From Octopus sinensis (Eukaryota): a DNA stretch of 64,000 bases. The stretch lies in contig NC_043010.1 in assembly GCF_006345805.1 (NCBI RefSeq), positions 30,070,001 through 30,134,000 of the forward strand, written 5' to 3'. A program made the position numbers and the translations under genes. The notes below the pieces were generated by a model. That model was not told the origin of the DNA. It was given only the letters and a program-made list of their open reading frames with translations, and did not search any database. Positions 63,849 to 64,000 of the stretch are shown here, piece after piece (the first letter of the stretch is position 1; each line of letters opens with the position of its first letter).

Positions 63849-64000
63849 GGTGTATGTGTATATGGTTGTGTGTCTGTGTCTGTCACCCCCATCATCGCAT
63901 GACCACCAATGGTAGTATGCTACGTCCGCGTAACTTAGCGGTTCGGCAACAGAGACCCAAGGAATAAGTACTAGGCATACAAAGAATAAGTCCTGGGGTG

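Overview
AT-rich, microsatellite-saturated animal genomic DNA. The SINE families, Dong/R4, Penelope, RTE and Tc1/mariner content and the huge (TA)n/(TACA)n/(AAT)n tracts suggest an octopus (coleoid cephalopod); this is an inference. Most of the six-frame ORF track is microsatellite noise. Host genes: one + strand multi-exon gene reconstructed by splice-phase matching (exons 13261-13463, 20463-20553, [31997-32202 degenerate], 36719-36809, 43259-43855, 45465-45736). It encodes PLAT/LH2-like beta modules, a Ser/Thr mucin stalk and a CxCxC-coiled-coil-SxxDxRxS-TM C-terminus. A signal-peptide exon of a second gene lies at 61971-62046. The rest is mostly decayed transposons: R4/Dong retroelements in TAA and TACA repeats, Gypsy fragments, several Penelope-like elements (PLEs), non-autonomous Helitrons, Tc1/mariner, a CACTA-like MITE, a young RTE 5' end and tRNA-SINEs. 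Best leads: (1) a PLE whose ORF starts with a 2A/StopGo-like peptide and carries a Ulp1/SENP-like protease before the RT; (2) a tRNA-headed SINE whose tail is a hammerhead-bearing PLE-like pseudo-LTR, in a head-to-head palindrome; (3) about 15 type-I hammerhead motifs from several families, with covarying stems. All calls come from motif reading only; no database searches were run.
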